Source: Ignavibacteria bacterium RIFCSPLOWO2_12_FULL_56_21 (GTDB lineage Bacteria; Bacteroidota; Ignavibacteria; UBA10030). Taken from it: a stretch of 64,000 bases of DNA. Shown piece after piece: positions 1-8,896 of the stretch (position 1 is its first letter; each line of letters begins with the position of its first letter). Location: contig MHAK01000018.1 of NCBI GenBank assembly GCA_001802945.1, forward strand, positions 10,941-74,940, given 5' to 3'. Below the pieces are notes generated by a model that saw only the letters and a list, made by a program, of their open reading frames with translations, did not search any database and was not told the DNA's origin. Position numbers and translations under genes: made by a program.

Positions 1-34
1 CTGATCGAGATCGGACAGAGGATGGCGTCCGGTT

Positions 35-1912
35 ATGGAGAATGATGGCCCTTCCACGATACTCATCGGGTCGAACGACCTGAGCCTGGCTGAAAAGCTC
101 GATTCGTTACCGGCGCAGCCGGGCGTCTATCAGTTCAAGAACAACGAGGGCAAAGTTCTCTACGTCGGGAAAGCGTCGAACCTGCGCAGCAGAGTCCGTC
201 AGTATTTTCAGCGCTCACGGTCTGTTGAACCGAGGATCGACGCAATGGTTCGGAAGATTCACGACGTCGAACTGACCGTGACTTCGTCGGAAGTGGAAGC
301 CCTCATCCTCGAAGCCAATCTTATCAAGCAGTTCAAGCCGCGGTACAACGTCGTCCTCAAGGACGACAAGTCCTACCCGTACATTGTCATTACCAAGGAG
401 CTGTATCCCCGCGTTTTTGTCACCCGCCGCAAAGTGTCCGGTGCGCGCTATTTTGGGCCGTACACGGACGTAAAGACCATGCGATTTGCGCTGAAGACAG
501 TACGGGACATTTTCATGATCCGATCGTGCAATTACGACCTGACCGACGAAACGATCACCGCCGGGAAGTACAAGGTCTGCCTCGATTACCATATCAAGAA
601 GTGCGAAGGTCCATGTGAGGGCCTGGTTTCTCACGAACATTACAACCGCATGATCGACCAAGTGGCGCAAGTGCTCAGGGGACGCACGCATCCCGTCGTC
701 GACGCGATCGAAACGGAAATGCAACGACTCGCCGATGACCTGCGATTCGAAGAGGCTGCCCGGTTGCGGGACCGCATGCAGGCATTGCGCGTGTACACCG
801 AAAAGCAGCGAATGGTGGAAAGTAAAGAAGCCGAGAGGGATGTGTTTGCAGTGGCTGCCCGCGGGGACGACGCATGCGGAGTGGTGTTCAAGGTGAGGGA
901 AGGAAAGGTTGTCGGAAGTCTCCATATGTACATGTCGCACGCTGAAGGTCGGTCGGAATCGGACCTCGTCGAGCAATTTGTGGAGCGATATTATCTCGAC
1001 GAGGAAGACATTCCCGGCGAGATCATGCTTTCATCTCCCATTGAGACCGTCAAAGTGTTTTCTGCGTGGTTGAAGGCAAAGGCCGGACGGGATGTCGCAT
1101 TCGAGGTTCCGCAGACGGGCGAAAGGGTGAAGTTGATCGCCATGGTTCGTTCGAACGCCCAATTCTGGCTGGATGAGCTGGAAGTACAAAGGCTGAAACG
1201 GGGCGAAACCGTGCCGCATGCGGTGAAAATGCTCCAAACGGACCTTCGCCTCTCATCGTTGCCCCGGCGAATCGAATGCTTCGACAATTCCAATATTCAG
1301 GGGAGCGATCCGGTTTCGTCCATGGTCGTTTTTGTAGACGGCAAACCGAAAAAGAGTGAATATCGGAAGTTTCGTGTTCGGACAGTCACCGGTTCGGACG
1401 ATTTTGAAACCATGCGCGAGATCATTCAGCGGCGCTATCGGCGGGTTGTCGCAGGAGAGATACCGCCTCCTGACCTCATCGTCGTCGATGGCGGGAAAGG
1501 TCAATTGTCAAGCGCCGTCTCGGTGCTCAAAGAACTTGGACTTGAACATCTTCCCATAATCGGTTTGGCGAAGCGGCTGGAAGAGGTTTTCGTCCCCGAA
1601 GTACAGGACTCCGTTCAGCTCCCCCGCACATCGGCTTCGTTGCGACTGTTACAGCACCTGAGGGACGAGGCACATCGGTTCGCAATCACTTTCCATCGAC
1701 GGGTAAGGTCAAAACGCATCCTGAGCACTGAATTGGACCTGATCGAAGGGATCGGTAAGAAGAGGGCCGCGGAACTGTTGGAAGCATTCGGTTCCGTCCA
1801 GGGAGTGAAATTCGCCACGCAAGAGCAATTGGAAGAAGTCGTCGGAGAAAAGGTGGCTGAGAAAATCAAGAGTTACTTTGCTTCGGAAGAGAATGAAGAA
1901 AGTAGAGAATAG
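35..1912 (+). CDS. uvrC: Excinuclease ABC subunit C (UvrC)
   Basis: 625 aa. N-terminal GIY-YIG motif (PGVYQFKN...VLYVGKASNLRSRVRQYF), UvrC-type Cys cluster, and C-terminal RNaseH-like/HhH region typical of UvrC. Confidence 0.93.
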   Translation: MENDGPSTILIGSNDLSLAEKLDSLPAQPGVYQFKNNEGKVLYVGKASNLRSRVRQYFQRSRSVEPRIDAMVRKIHDVELTVTSSEVEALILEANLIKQFKPRYNVVLKDDKSYPYIVITKELYPRVFVTRRKVSGARYFGPYTDVKTMRFALKTVRDIFMIRSCNYDLTDETITAGKYKVCLDYHIKKCEGPCEGLVSHEHYNRMIDQVAQVLRGRTHPVVDAIETEMQRLADDLRFEEAARLRDRMQALRVYTEKQRMVESKEAERDVFAVAARGDDACGVVFKVREGKVVGSLHMYMSHAEGRSESDLVEQFVERYYLDEEDIPGEIMLSSPIETVKVFSAWLKAKAGRDVAFEVPQTGERVKLIAMVRSNAQFWLDELEVQRLKRGETVPHAVKMLQTDLRLSSLPRRIECFDNSNIQGSDPVSSMVVFVDGKPKKSEYRKFRVRTVTGSDDFETMREIIQRRYRRVVAGEIPPPDLIVVDGGKGQLSSAVSVLKELGLEHLPIIGLAKRLEEVFVPEVQDSVQLPRTSASLRLLQHLRDEAHRFAITFHRRVRSKRILSTELDLIEGIGKKRAAELLEAFGSVQGVKFATQEQLEEVVGEKVAEKIKSYFASEENEESRE

Positions 1913-1944
1913 AGATGTGTGGAGTCTTATGAAAGACCTGCGCA

Positions 1945-3219
1945 ATGCGCAATCGCTCAAGTAATTCCATGCGGACTCGAACGCATGCCGTGAAAAAGAA
2001 AACTCGCGCGCACGACGAGACATGGGACGTGGTTATCGTTGGCGGAGGAATCGTTGGGTTGGCGACAGCGTATCGCCTGCGGAAGGTCAGGCGATCATGG
2101 AAGATACTTCTCCTGGAAAAGGAACGGGAAGTCGCGCTCCATCAAACGGGCAACAACAGCGGTGTGGTCCACTCCGGCGTGTATTACAAGCCGGGGAGTC
2201 TCAAAGCGCGGCTCTGCGTTGAGGGAGGGAAGGAACTTCTGCAGTTCTGTCGGAAGGAGAAGATTCCGTTTCGAGTGTGCGGAAAGGTCATCGTTGCGGT
2301 GCAGGAAGAGGAACTCGGTCGACTTGACGAGTTGTATCGCCGTGGGAAGGAGAATGGGTTGAAAGGCATCCGTCTCATCAGTCGGGAGGAAATCACCGAA
2401 GTTGAACCGGTGGCCGAGGGTATTCGGGGGCTTCACGTTCCGTCGACTGCGATAGTCGATTACGGTCGGGTAAGCAGGCGGATCGCCGAGCTACTTGAGA
2501 GGGATGGTGTTCGGATCAAGTATTCCGAACAAGTCACGAGTATACAGCAGGTGAACGGCGTAAACATGGTCGTCGTCGAGTCCACAAAAGCACGGTATTC
2601 GTCAAAACGAGTCGTTACATGTGCCGGTCTGCATTCGGACAGACTTGCGTCAATGACGCATCCCGATGCACGTGTAAAGATCATCCCGTTCCGGGGAGAA
2701 TACTACAGGGTCCGGGGAGGACGGCAGGAACTCGTGCGCGGACTCGTCTATCCTGTTCCCGACCCTCGATTTCCGTTTCTCGGTGTGCATCTCACGCGTA
2801 AGATCGACGGAGGCCTTGAAGTCGGACCGAACGCGGTGCTCGCGTTTCAGAGGGAAGGTTATCGTAAGAGCGATGTTTCTATGAAGGATACGTGGGAAAC
2901 ACTTTCGTGGCCCGGATTTCGCGTCATGGCCAGGAAGTATTGGAAAACGGGGTTGGGGGAGTTCTACAGATCATTCAGCAAAGCTGCGTTTGTTCGTGCG
3001 CTGCAGCGATTAGTACCGGAGATCAGGTTGGAAGATCTTGCACCTGGAGGGGCGGGTGTGCGCGCACAGGCTTGCGGAATAGACGGGGGATTGATCGACG
3101 ATTTTCTTTTTGTCGGTGATGGGAGGATACTGCATGTCTGCAACGCCCCATCGCCGGCGGCGACGGCTTCGCTGGCGATTGGAAGATTCATCGTTGACAG
3201 ATTACTCCGCAAATCATAG
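1945..3219 (+). CDS. FAD-dependent oxidoreductase, L-2-hydroxyglutarate oxidase/dehydrogenase-like
   Basis: Rossmann FAD motif VVIVGGGIVGLATAYRL and DAO-family architecture; resembles LhgO/L2HGDH family. Exact start uncertain (ATG at 1945 or 1969). Confidence 0.7.
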   Translation: MRNRSSNSMRTRTHAVKKKTRAHDETWDVVIVGGGIVGLATAYRLRKVRRSWKILLLEKEREVALHQTGNNSGVVHSGVYYKPGSLKARLCVEGGKELLQFCRKEKIPFRVCGKVIVAVQEEELGRLDELYRRGKENGLKGIRLISREEITEVEPVAEGIRGLHVPSTAIVDYGRVSRRIAELLERDGVRIKYSEQVTSIQQVNGVNMVVVESTKARYSSKRVVTCAGLHSDRLASMTHPDARVKIIPFRGEYYRVRGGRQELVRGLVYPVPDPRFPFLGVHLTRKIDGGLEVGPNAVLAFQREGYRKSDVSMKDTWETLSWPGFRVMARKYWKTGLGEFYRSFSKAAFVRALQRLVPEIRLEDLAPGGAGVRAQACGIDGGLIDDFLFVGDGRILHVCNAPSPAATASLAIGRFIVDRLLRKS

Positions 3220-3234
3220 TTGCTCGACTTCTCG

Positions 3235-3263
3235 TTGACAATCCGTAGATTCAACGGTATATT
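3235..3263 (+). promoter_or_regulatory. Sigma-70-type promoter (TTGACA-17-TATATT) upstream of tRNA-Val
   Basis: Exact TTGACA at 3235-3240, a 17-nt spacer, and TATATT at 3258-3263, about 43 nt upstream of the tRNA 5' end. Confidence 0.55.
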
Positions 3264-3305
3264 ACCATTTGACATCCGCTCGCACAAAACGCTCGCGGGT
3301 CACAT

Positions 3306-3380
3306 GGGCGCTTAGCTCAGTTGGTTCAGAGCGTACGCCTCACACGCGTAAGGTCGCTGGTTCGACCCCAGCAGCGCCCA
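3306..3380 (+). tRNA. tRNA-Val (anticodon CAC)
   Basis: 75-nt cloverleaf. Acceptor GGGCGCT/AGCGCCC, D-arm GCTC..GAGC, anticodon stem TACGC/GCGTA with loop CTCACAC (anticodon CAC), T-arm GCTGG-TTCGACC-CCAGC, discriminator A; CCA not encoded. Confidence 0.85.
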
Positions 3381-3400
3381 CATGGAAGCAGGATACAAGC

Positions 3401-3573
3401 GAGGCGCTTAGTCCCGTCCCGTCCAAAGTTAGCGAGACGAAGTCGAAGCTAACTTTGAGGACGGGACGAGGATCCCGTTCACGTTCGCCGCAGGCGAACG
3501 GAACGGGACTCAGTTGGTTCAGAGCGTACGCCTCACACGCGTAAGGTCGCTGGTTCGACCCCAGCAGCGCCCA
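3401..3573 (+). pseudogene. Second tRNA-Val copy interrupted by a 97-bp insertion in the D-stem (probable pseudo-tRNA)
   Basis: GAGGCGCTTAG (3401-3411) matches the tRNA-Val 5' end with one acceptor mismatch. After a 97-bp insertion the sequence resumes, identical to tRNA-Val from CTCAGTTGG through AGCGCCCA (3509-3573). Confidence 0.6.
3412..3508. mobile_element. 97-bp double-hairpin insertion element (MITE/REP-like) with terminal inverted repeats TCCCGT(C/T)C
   Basis: Two near-perfect hairpins: tcccgtcccgtccaaagttagc...gctaactttgaggacgggacga and tcccgttcacgttcgcc-gcag-gcgaacggaacggga. The element begins TCCCGTCC and ends GAACGGGA, the reverse complement. Confidence 0.45.
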
Positions 3574-3599
3574 CTTGGCAAGTAAGAAGGTAAAAGGGT

Positions 3600-3800
3600 A
3601 AAGGAAGAAGTTGGTAGGTCGCTGGTTCCCCGCCCGCCATGATTCACCTTTTGGCGGGCCTACCCGCCATGTGCGTTGTCCAGCCTGCCCGCCGTTTGAA
3701 GTGCTCAATATTGGCAGGCGGGCATCCCGCCGTTTTTTGGCGGGGACGCCGTCGGCACCCACCAAAAAGGGTAAATGTAAGAAGTAGGAAGTGCGAGGGT
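3600..3800. repeat. Cluster of GC-rich CCCGCC...GGCGGG palindromic hairpins (REP-like) plus a degenerate tRNA-Val T-arm fragment
   Basis: Hairpins cccgccatgattcaccttttggcggg, cctgcccgcc..ggcaggcggg and atcccgccgttttttggcgggga; the fragment aggtcgctggttc at about 3612 matches the tRNA-Val T-arm. Confidence 0.45.
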
Positions 3801-3821
3801 TGTCAGTAGCCGCCTCAATGA

Positions 3822-3852
3822 AAACGCCATGAATCGTGGCGTTTTTCTTTTT
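3822..3852. terminator. Bidirectional rho-independent terminator
   Basis: Stem aacgcca/tggcgtt with loop tgaatcg, flanked by an A-run upstream and tttttcttttt downstream. It lies 35 nt past the stop of the minus-strand gene that ends at 3884. Confidence 0.5.
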
Positions 3853-3883
3853 ACCAGAACACAACTAAATCTCGTGCGAACGA

Positions 3884-6800
3884 TTATGTGACTGATGGCG
3901 GGACTTTTCCCCCTACCGGTAGCGGGCGTGCCGGGTCCGTGGTGGCGCCGATCTTTGCCGCGTAACTCGTCCGTTTCCGAATGTCTTCGTCCGTTATGAA
4001 GTGCACATCAAGGAATCGTTCGATGGCAATTCCCGTCCTCAGATAGTTCATATGACCAAGGCTGAGGCTCCAACCTTCAAGCCAATGGACCAGCTCTTTC
4101 TTCTGCTGGGAAGTGCCGGTAAAGTGGAGCAGGAGATTGATATCGCTCTTGGGGCCGGCTGTGGCATTCTTCGTACTCCCAAAGATGTATGCCGCCTTCA
4201 CTCCGAACCGCGAGGGATCCAGTCGCGCGGTCAGCTCATGAACGGTTCGAAGGCGCCATCGCCAGTGGGAATCATCCTCTTTCGGCGACGCCTCGATTTC
4301 GCTCGGCTGCGCCCGTTCCGTGACCGGTTCCGCTGAAGGCTCGCCCAGTAGTCCCACCGCTTCGTCCGTCTCTCCATTCATAAGAATGGATACAACAAGC
4401 CCGTTTGTGGAAGCCGGGACGTCAATTACCCGCACGATGCTCTCCAATTGAGCCATATCCGGAAGCAGGTCTTTCAAGACGTTGGGAGACTGCGTGAAGA
4501 ACGACTCATTGAACGCGGTTCCCGTCTCATCGGGATATAATGGAAGATACCGGATGTCGGCCTCCACGAGATCCTGGAAGAAATGGGTCCCGAACGACAA
4601 TTCCGGCTCGTATTCACGCTGTTTACGGGCGACCTCGATCAGCATAGCCGTGTTGCTGATGTCGGAATACGTTACACTCACGCCTAGTTTGATATCGCCG
4701 CGGCTGCCCCAGCGACCGGGACCGATCAAAATGAACTGGCGTTTGGGAAGTGACTGGTTGAGGCGACCTATCGCTTTTCCGACTGCGACGAGATCGGCAT
4801 GCCGCTTGATCTCGGCATACCGCTGTGGGTCGACGTACACGATGTGTGTAATGCTGGCGACAGTGCCGTTCGACACATACCGGTTCGCCGTAAAGAGAAC
4901 CTTGTGCCGCGGGATATCGCGGGGAATTATTGCAGGCTGTGATGTTTCACTATAGCTCTGAGGCCTGCATTGCAGCAAGTACAGATTCCGGCCGTCGTGC
5001 GCGAACTCGATGTCAACAGGCATTCTGAATTCCCGTTGTAACACCCCGAGAATGTTCTTCATCTGTTCGACAAACGGCGATCGGGAGATGAGCCCCTCAA
5101 AGGTCGCAACGGGAAAACCTGTTTCCGGGTCGGGTGTGGCCGAAGCGAAACGTTCGAACCGATTATCCCGCAGGATAGAAACGAGCTGATCGAGCAGGGG
5201 GTAGTCGTCCGAACACCGTTCGATCAGGTCGCGCAGATCGACCGTCTCGAACGTCTGGGACCGCAAGTTGATCACGTCCACTTTTCTCGGAGAGTACCTC
5301 ACCTGTTCGTCCAACGTGACGTTCACACGAAGGCCGGGCTGCCCGGGGGCGACCAGAACGGGATAATCGTCCGTCATTCTGTCGACGGCACGCGTTCCGA
5401 GTCCTGGAACCATCCGTAAGAGACCGTCCTCCCGTCTGATCCTCTTTGACCATCGGAACTCATTGTTGCTGAACGCAACGCCCGAGAATGCGGGCAGATA
5501 GTACTCTCCGACGCGAACGCCGATGACCTCCTGTATCAACACCCCCATCTCTTCATGCGAATCGAGAAGCCGCCGTTCAAGCCGATATTCAATCGGGTCC
5601 GGCCCGAACGTTGACGCATACACCTCTGTGATCGCATCCATCAATGCTACGAGGCGCTGCTGCTTCGTCCCCTGATTCGCAATGAAGAGACTCTTATATT
5701 TTCCGGCAAAGGACGTACCAAGTCGGTCTTCGAGGAGACTCGAACTCCGGACTATAAGCGGCGTGTCTCCAAAATCGTCGAGGGCAACGGATAACCCTGT
5801 GACGATCTCGGGCGGGAGGGGAGAGTTCTTGAACACGTGCACGATATACGGATATTCCTGCCGCACTTGTCCGATGTCCTCGTACTTCTGTTCGACGATC
5901 TCTTCCAGGTCGTTGTAGTTAATGAAATTGAGAATCCCGTCGGAAGTAAGATACCAGGTCTTGGGGGTCAGGATCGTCGACACATCTTCTCCATCTGCAC
6001 GGGACTTCTGAAGCATGTTGCTGGCGAGGAAAAGGCCGGCTCCTTTGCCGCCGAGTCGGCCGTGGCTTCCGGCCGGGTAGATCACCCGATGCAGGAGCTC
6101 GTAGAAATCGTTGACGTCAAGGTACTGCTTTGCGGTGTTGATGAATTGCGGATGGTCGCTAAGGAGTCTCCGAATCAGCGAGACACGGAAGGCCCGTTCT
6201 CGGGGTGAGGAAAGTTCTATTCCCTGGGGGGACAGGTGATGAAATCGCTCTATTGCGCTCGAGATCTCCGCAAGCGAGGAGCCGGCATTCTCCAGGATTT
6301 TCACGAGGAATCCCGAACGGTCCTCCTTGATCCAGTTCTGGATATTGTTCAGGATCTCCTTTTCACTCAGATGGTCGCTCGCGATCCGGAATATCTCTTC
6401 TGTGAGGCTGAGAAGGTCCGGTTTCTTCATCACGTGGACGGGACGATTGTCGTCCATCCCGGGGGTCGCAGAACCGCCGCTCATCGAAGGATTGAACGTT
6501 GCAAGGATGCGATCTGCGTCCTCGATTCCCGCCCAGGAGAGGTAGTTAAGCATCTTGCGCAGCAGGCGAGTCAAGAGCTTCGGGTCCGTCCGCCGAAGGA
6601 GGTCTATGATGACCTCCCACTCGTGATCTTGTGGATGCGTCAACTTCTGATTTTCGAAGACTCTCTTCAGCTTCTCGTGCAGAATTCGTCGTTCAAGACG
6701 GTCGGCGATTGTATTGATCAGTTTTCGTTCCTCCTTGAAGAACGGACCTTCGTCGGCGGCCGGACGCTCCTCGAGGTAACATACTGTGATCGACCCGACG

Positions 6801-7078
6801 ATTTCTCCTTGCACATCAAGGGCGGCGTGCAGTGCCCATGGCGACTCCCGGAATCCCGGTGATGCGCAAATAGCGCCGTCGATCTCAACTTGCGCAACGC
6901 ACACCTCAGGATACTGCCACCCGGCAGGAATGGAGCGCACAATACCGCTGGAGATCTCGTCGAGCGTGATCTCCGACTTGCTGAAGAGCTCTTCAACCTC
7001 ATAAAGACAATTCAGCTCCTTCGCCCGTTCCTTCAACGAGCGCAGCAGGTGCTCAACGGACTTGTCGTTCTCCTTCAT
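3884..7078 (-). CDS. Multidomain protein: N-terminal GAF domain + PEP-synthase/PPDK-type ATP-grasp (PPDK_N-like) domain + C-terminal pol-beta-type nucleotidyltransferase domain
   Basis: 1064 aa. GAF-like N-terminus; central GGKGAGL and VRSSSLLED...FAGKY motifs of the PEP/pyruvate-binding ATP-grasp domain; C-terminal GSTKNATAGPKSDINLLL minimal-nucleotidyltransferase motif. No recognisable PEP-utilisers phospho-His (GGxxSHAAI) motif. Confidence 0.65.
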   Translation of the reverse strand: MKENDKSVEHLLRSLKERAKELNCLYEVEELFSKSEITLDEISSGIVRSIPAGWQYPEVCVAQVEIDGAICASPGFRESPWALHAALDVQGEIVGSITVCYLEERPAADEGPFFKEERKLINTIADRLERRILHEKLKRVFENQKLTHPQDHEWEVIIDLLRRTDPKLLTRLLRKMLNYLSWAGIEDADRILATFNPSMSGGSATPGMDDNRPVHVMKKPDLLSLTEEIFRIASDHLSEKEILNNIQNWIKEDRSGFLVKILENAGSSLAEISSAIERFHHLSPQGIELSSPRERAFRVSLIRRLLSDHPQFINTAKQYLDVNDFYELLHRVIYPAGSHGRLGGKGAGLFLASNMLQKSRADGEDVSTILTPKTWYLTSDGILNFINYNDLEEIVEQKYEDIGQVRQEYPYIVHVFKNSPLPPEIVTGLSVALDDFGDTPLIVRSSSLLEDRLGTSFAGKYKSLFIANQGTKQQRLVALMDAITEVYASTFGPDPIEYRLERRLLDSHEEMGVLIQEVIGVRVGEYYLPAFSGVAFSNNEFRWSKRIRREDGLLRMVPGLGTRAVDRMTDDYPVLVAPGQPGLRVNVTLDEQVRYSPRKVDVINLRSQTFETVDLRDLIERCSDDYPLLDQLVSILRDNRFERFASATPDPETGFPVATFEGLISRSPFVEQMKNILGVLQREFRMPVDIEFAHDGRNLYLLQCRPQSYSETSQPAIIPRDIPRHKVLFTANRYVSNGTVASITHIVYVDPQRYAEIKRHADLVAVGKAIGRLNQSLPKRQFILIGPGRWGSRGDIKLGVSVTYSDISNTAMLIEVARKQREYEPELSFGTHFFQDLVEADIRYLPLYPDETGTAFNESFFTQSPNVLKDLLPDMAQLESIVRVIDVPASTNGLVVSILMNGETDEAVGLLGEPSAEPVTERAQPSEIEASPKEDDSHWRWRLRTVHELTARLDPSRFGVKAAYIFGSTKNATAGPKSDINLLLHFTGTSQQKKELVHWLEGWSLSLGHMNYLRTGIAIERFLDVHFITDEDIRKRTSYAAKIGATTDPARPLPVGGKVPPSVT

Positions 7079-7091
7079 ACGGTTGGAACTG

Positions 7092-8813
7092 TCACTCGTG
7101 TGAGGCTACCATGCCCGTCCCGGAACGGCCATCCACTTTGAGCGTAAGTGGGTTGGGAAGGGTAATGTGTCGCGTGAACTTCCTGTCATTGACGATTCGC
7201 TGGCTTTGAAGCCACTGCCAATCGATGCTGTCGGACCCTCCGGATCGTATGCAGAAATAGCTCACATGAAAGCTCGTCAGATTATGGAAGAAATGCGATC
7301 CCTGGCTAAAATCGATGTTCAGGTCTGGAATGGACGCCTCGACGATTGCTTGTGCCCCGGAGATCTGACCCCATGCGACAGGAATTCCGAGAAATGGGTC
7401 GGCGCTGCCCCATCGTCCGAACCCGATCAGAATGTACGGCCTGTGGGAGGATGTCAGCACATTGTTGAGGTCGGCCAATTCGTCTGCAATCGCACGTGTC
7501 GAGGTGGTGGCAAACATCTCGGGCTTTACATACACAATATCGGAGATCGTATCGACGATGCCATTGCCCAGCACTGTGCCGGATCGAATGCGAGTCCGAT
7601 CCGATCGAAGATCGGCCTCGGTCAGCGTGACTTCTGCCTGTGAAACGACCATGGGACGTGCCTGGAGAAATCCGAAGCGTGGCGGGTCGAAGGTCATCGC
7701 AAATTCGGCCTCGAGCGGCGCTCCCACGGACTCTGCACACACTGCCAGAATGTTCCGAACGAGTTGATTCACCGGCAACTCACGGCTGGCCAGCAACATT
7801 GAAAAATCGAGGACGCGAATGCCGACGCGACTCGTGCCGGGTGTGCGGCTGTCTGACGCTGGGTCATACGTCGAAGCTATATACTGCAGCCGGCCGTCCT
7901 CTTCGGCGTCCTGCAGCGTTCCTTCGACCAGATATTCCCGCTCGTTAATGGGGTCGTAAGCGGGCGGTTTCCCCATGTTTACCGCCCAAAATGTCGACTG
8001 CGTACTTTTGACCAGTTCGACCGATGAACGATATGGTGGAGCTATCGTTGGATAGGCGGGGGAGTATGTCCAACACTTGCCGCCATCCACAATCGTTTTC
8101 CCGAGTCCGAGCGCGAGACTGACAACTCCATCTTCGGGACGTGCGCGGCCCATCGCGTAAAAATTGTAGGAGCGCGCGACACCGGATACGTTGGGATAGA
8201 ACCTGTCGCCAACCGGACTTCCCACAACTTCCTGGAGAATGACTGCCATTTTCTCATCTTCCGTTCGATGACTGGTTGCGCGGACATAATCCCTCGCCGA
8301 ACGAAAGAATGTCGACGCATACACGAACTTGACCGCCTCGGAAAGTCGCCGAAACCGTTCGTCCACACTCGGCTGGTTGTTCGGGATCATTTTTGTTTCA
8401 TACACGCCGGCGAACGGTTCGCTGAGTGCATCTTCAAGCAGGCTCGAAGATCGCACTGCAAGGGGCGTATGCACCTGCTCAACCAGCGCCCGCAGGTCCC
8501 CCAGGATTTCGGCGGGAAGGGCTGCTTTCTGAAAAGCGTACGCCTTATATGAGTCGTCCTCGTCCGCATAAGCAATCTTGTGAAGCTCATTCCGCGTCAG
8601 GAACGCGTCGAAGACATCGGTACGGATGACCGTCAGGCTGGGAATGGAAACGTCGATCCCCGGGAACGATGTATTGTCCCATGACATCGCAAGAATGTCC
8701 TGGATGACCGCCAGTCCGTGCGCCTTTCCACCCAACGATCCGGTTCCGATGACCTTGAACCTCTGCGACGGGTCAAAGAAGGTCCGGTCGAACGGAGCAA
8801 GCAGGCTTTCCAA
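7092..8813 (-). CDS. PEP-synthase/PPDK N-terminal ATP-grasp (PPDK_N-like) domain protein, paralog of the downstream gene
   Basis: 573 aa. GGKAHGL and VRSSSLLED..FAGVYET motifs. Shares a C-terminal block (ILIGFGRWGS...SxGSHFF) with the 1064-aa neighbour. 14-nt gap to the next gene on the same strand. Confidence 0.65.
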   Translation of the reverse strand: MESLLAPFDRTFFDPSQRFKVIGTGSLGGKAHGLAVIQDILAMSWDNTSFPGIDVSIPSLTVIRTDVFDAFLTRNELHKIAYADEDDSYKAYAFQKAALPAEILGDLRALVEQVHTPLAVRSSSLLEDALSEPFAGVYETKMIPNNQPSVDERFRRLSEAVKFVYASTFFRSARDYVRATSHRTEDEKMAVILQEVVGSPVGDRFYPNVSGVARSYNFYAMGRARPEDGVVSLALGLGKTIVDGGKCWTYSPAYPTIAPPYRSSVELVKSTQSTFWAVNMGKPPAYDPINEREYLVEGTLQDAEEDGRLQYIASTYDPASDSRTPGTSRVGIRVLDFSMLLASRELPVNQLVRNILAVCAESVGAPLEAEFAMTFDPPRFGFLQARPMVVSQAEVTLTEADLRSDRTRIRSGTVLGNGIVDTISDIVYVKPEMFATTSTRAIADELADLNNVLTSSHRPYILIGFGRWGSADPFLGIPVAWGQISGAQAIVEASIPDLNIDFSQGSHFFHNLTSFHVSYFCIRSGGSDSIDWQWLQSQRIVNDRKFTRHITLPNPLTLKVDGRSGTGMVASHE

Positions 8814-8896
8814 ATCTTTTTCTGAGGCGTTCTTCAGAGGTCAACTCCCAATGTCGTCGAGTATGAAGCCGTCCTCCATCCACCTCACTACCCATC

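Noticed and set aside
215-976. 253-aa antisense ORF inside uvrC, and similar long antisense ORFs inside the histidine kinase (e.g. 15958-16677, 17896-18369), GH38 and comEC genes
   Set aside because: They are fully embedded opposite well-supported conserved genes. GC-rich genomes routinely produce long antisense ORFs, and there is no independent motif evidence.
3412-3508. Possible group I intron in a tRNA-Val gene
   Set aside because: The 97-nt insertion is far too short for a group I intron, lies in the D-stem rather than the anticodon loop, and consists of two simple hairpins with terminal inverted repeats. It was interpreted as a MITE/REP-like insertion instead.
3340-3864. 174-aa minus-strand ORF spanning the tRNA-Val / hairpin-repeat region
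   Set aside because: It overlaps two tRNA sequences and palindromic repeats, has low-complexity GC-driven composition and no RBS; it is a chance ORF in GC-rich DNA.
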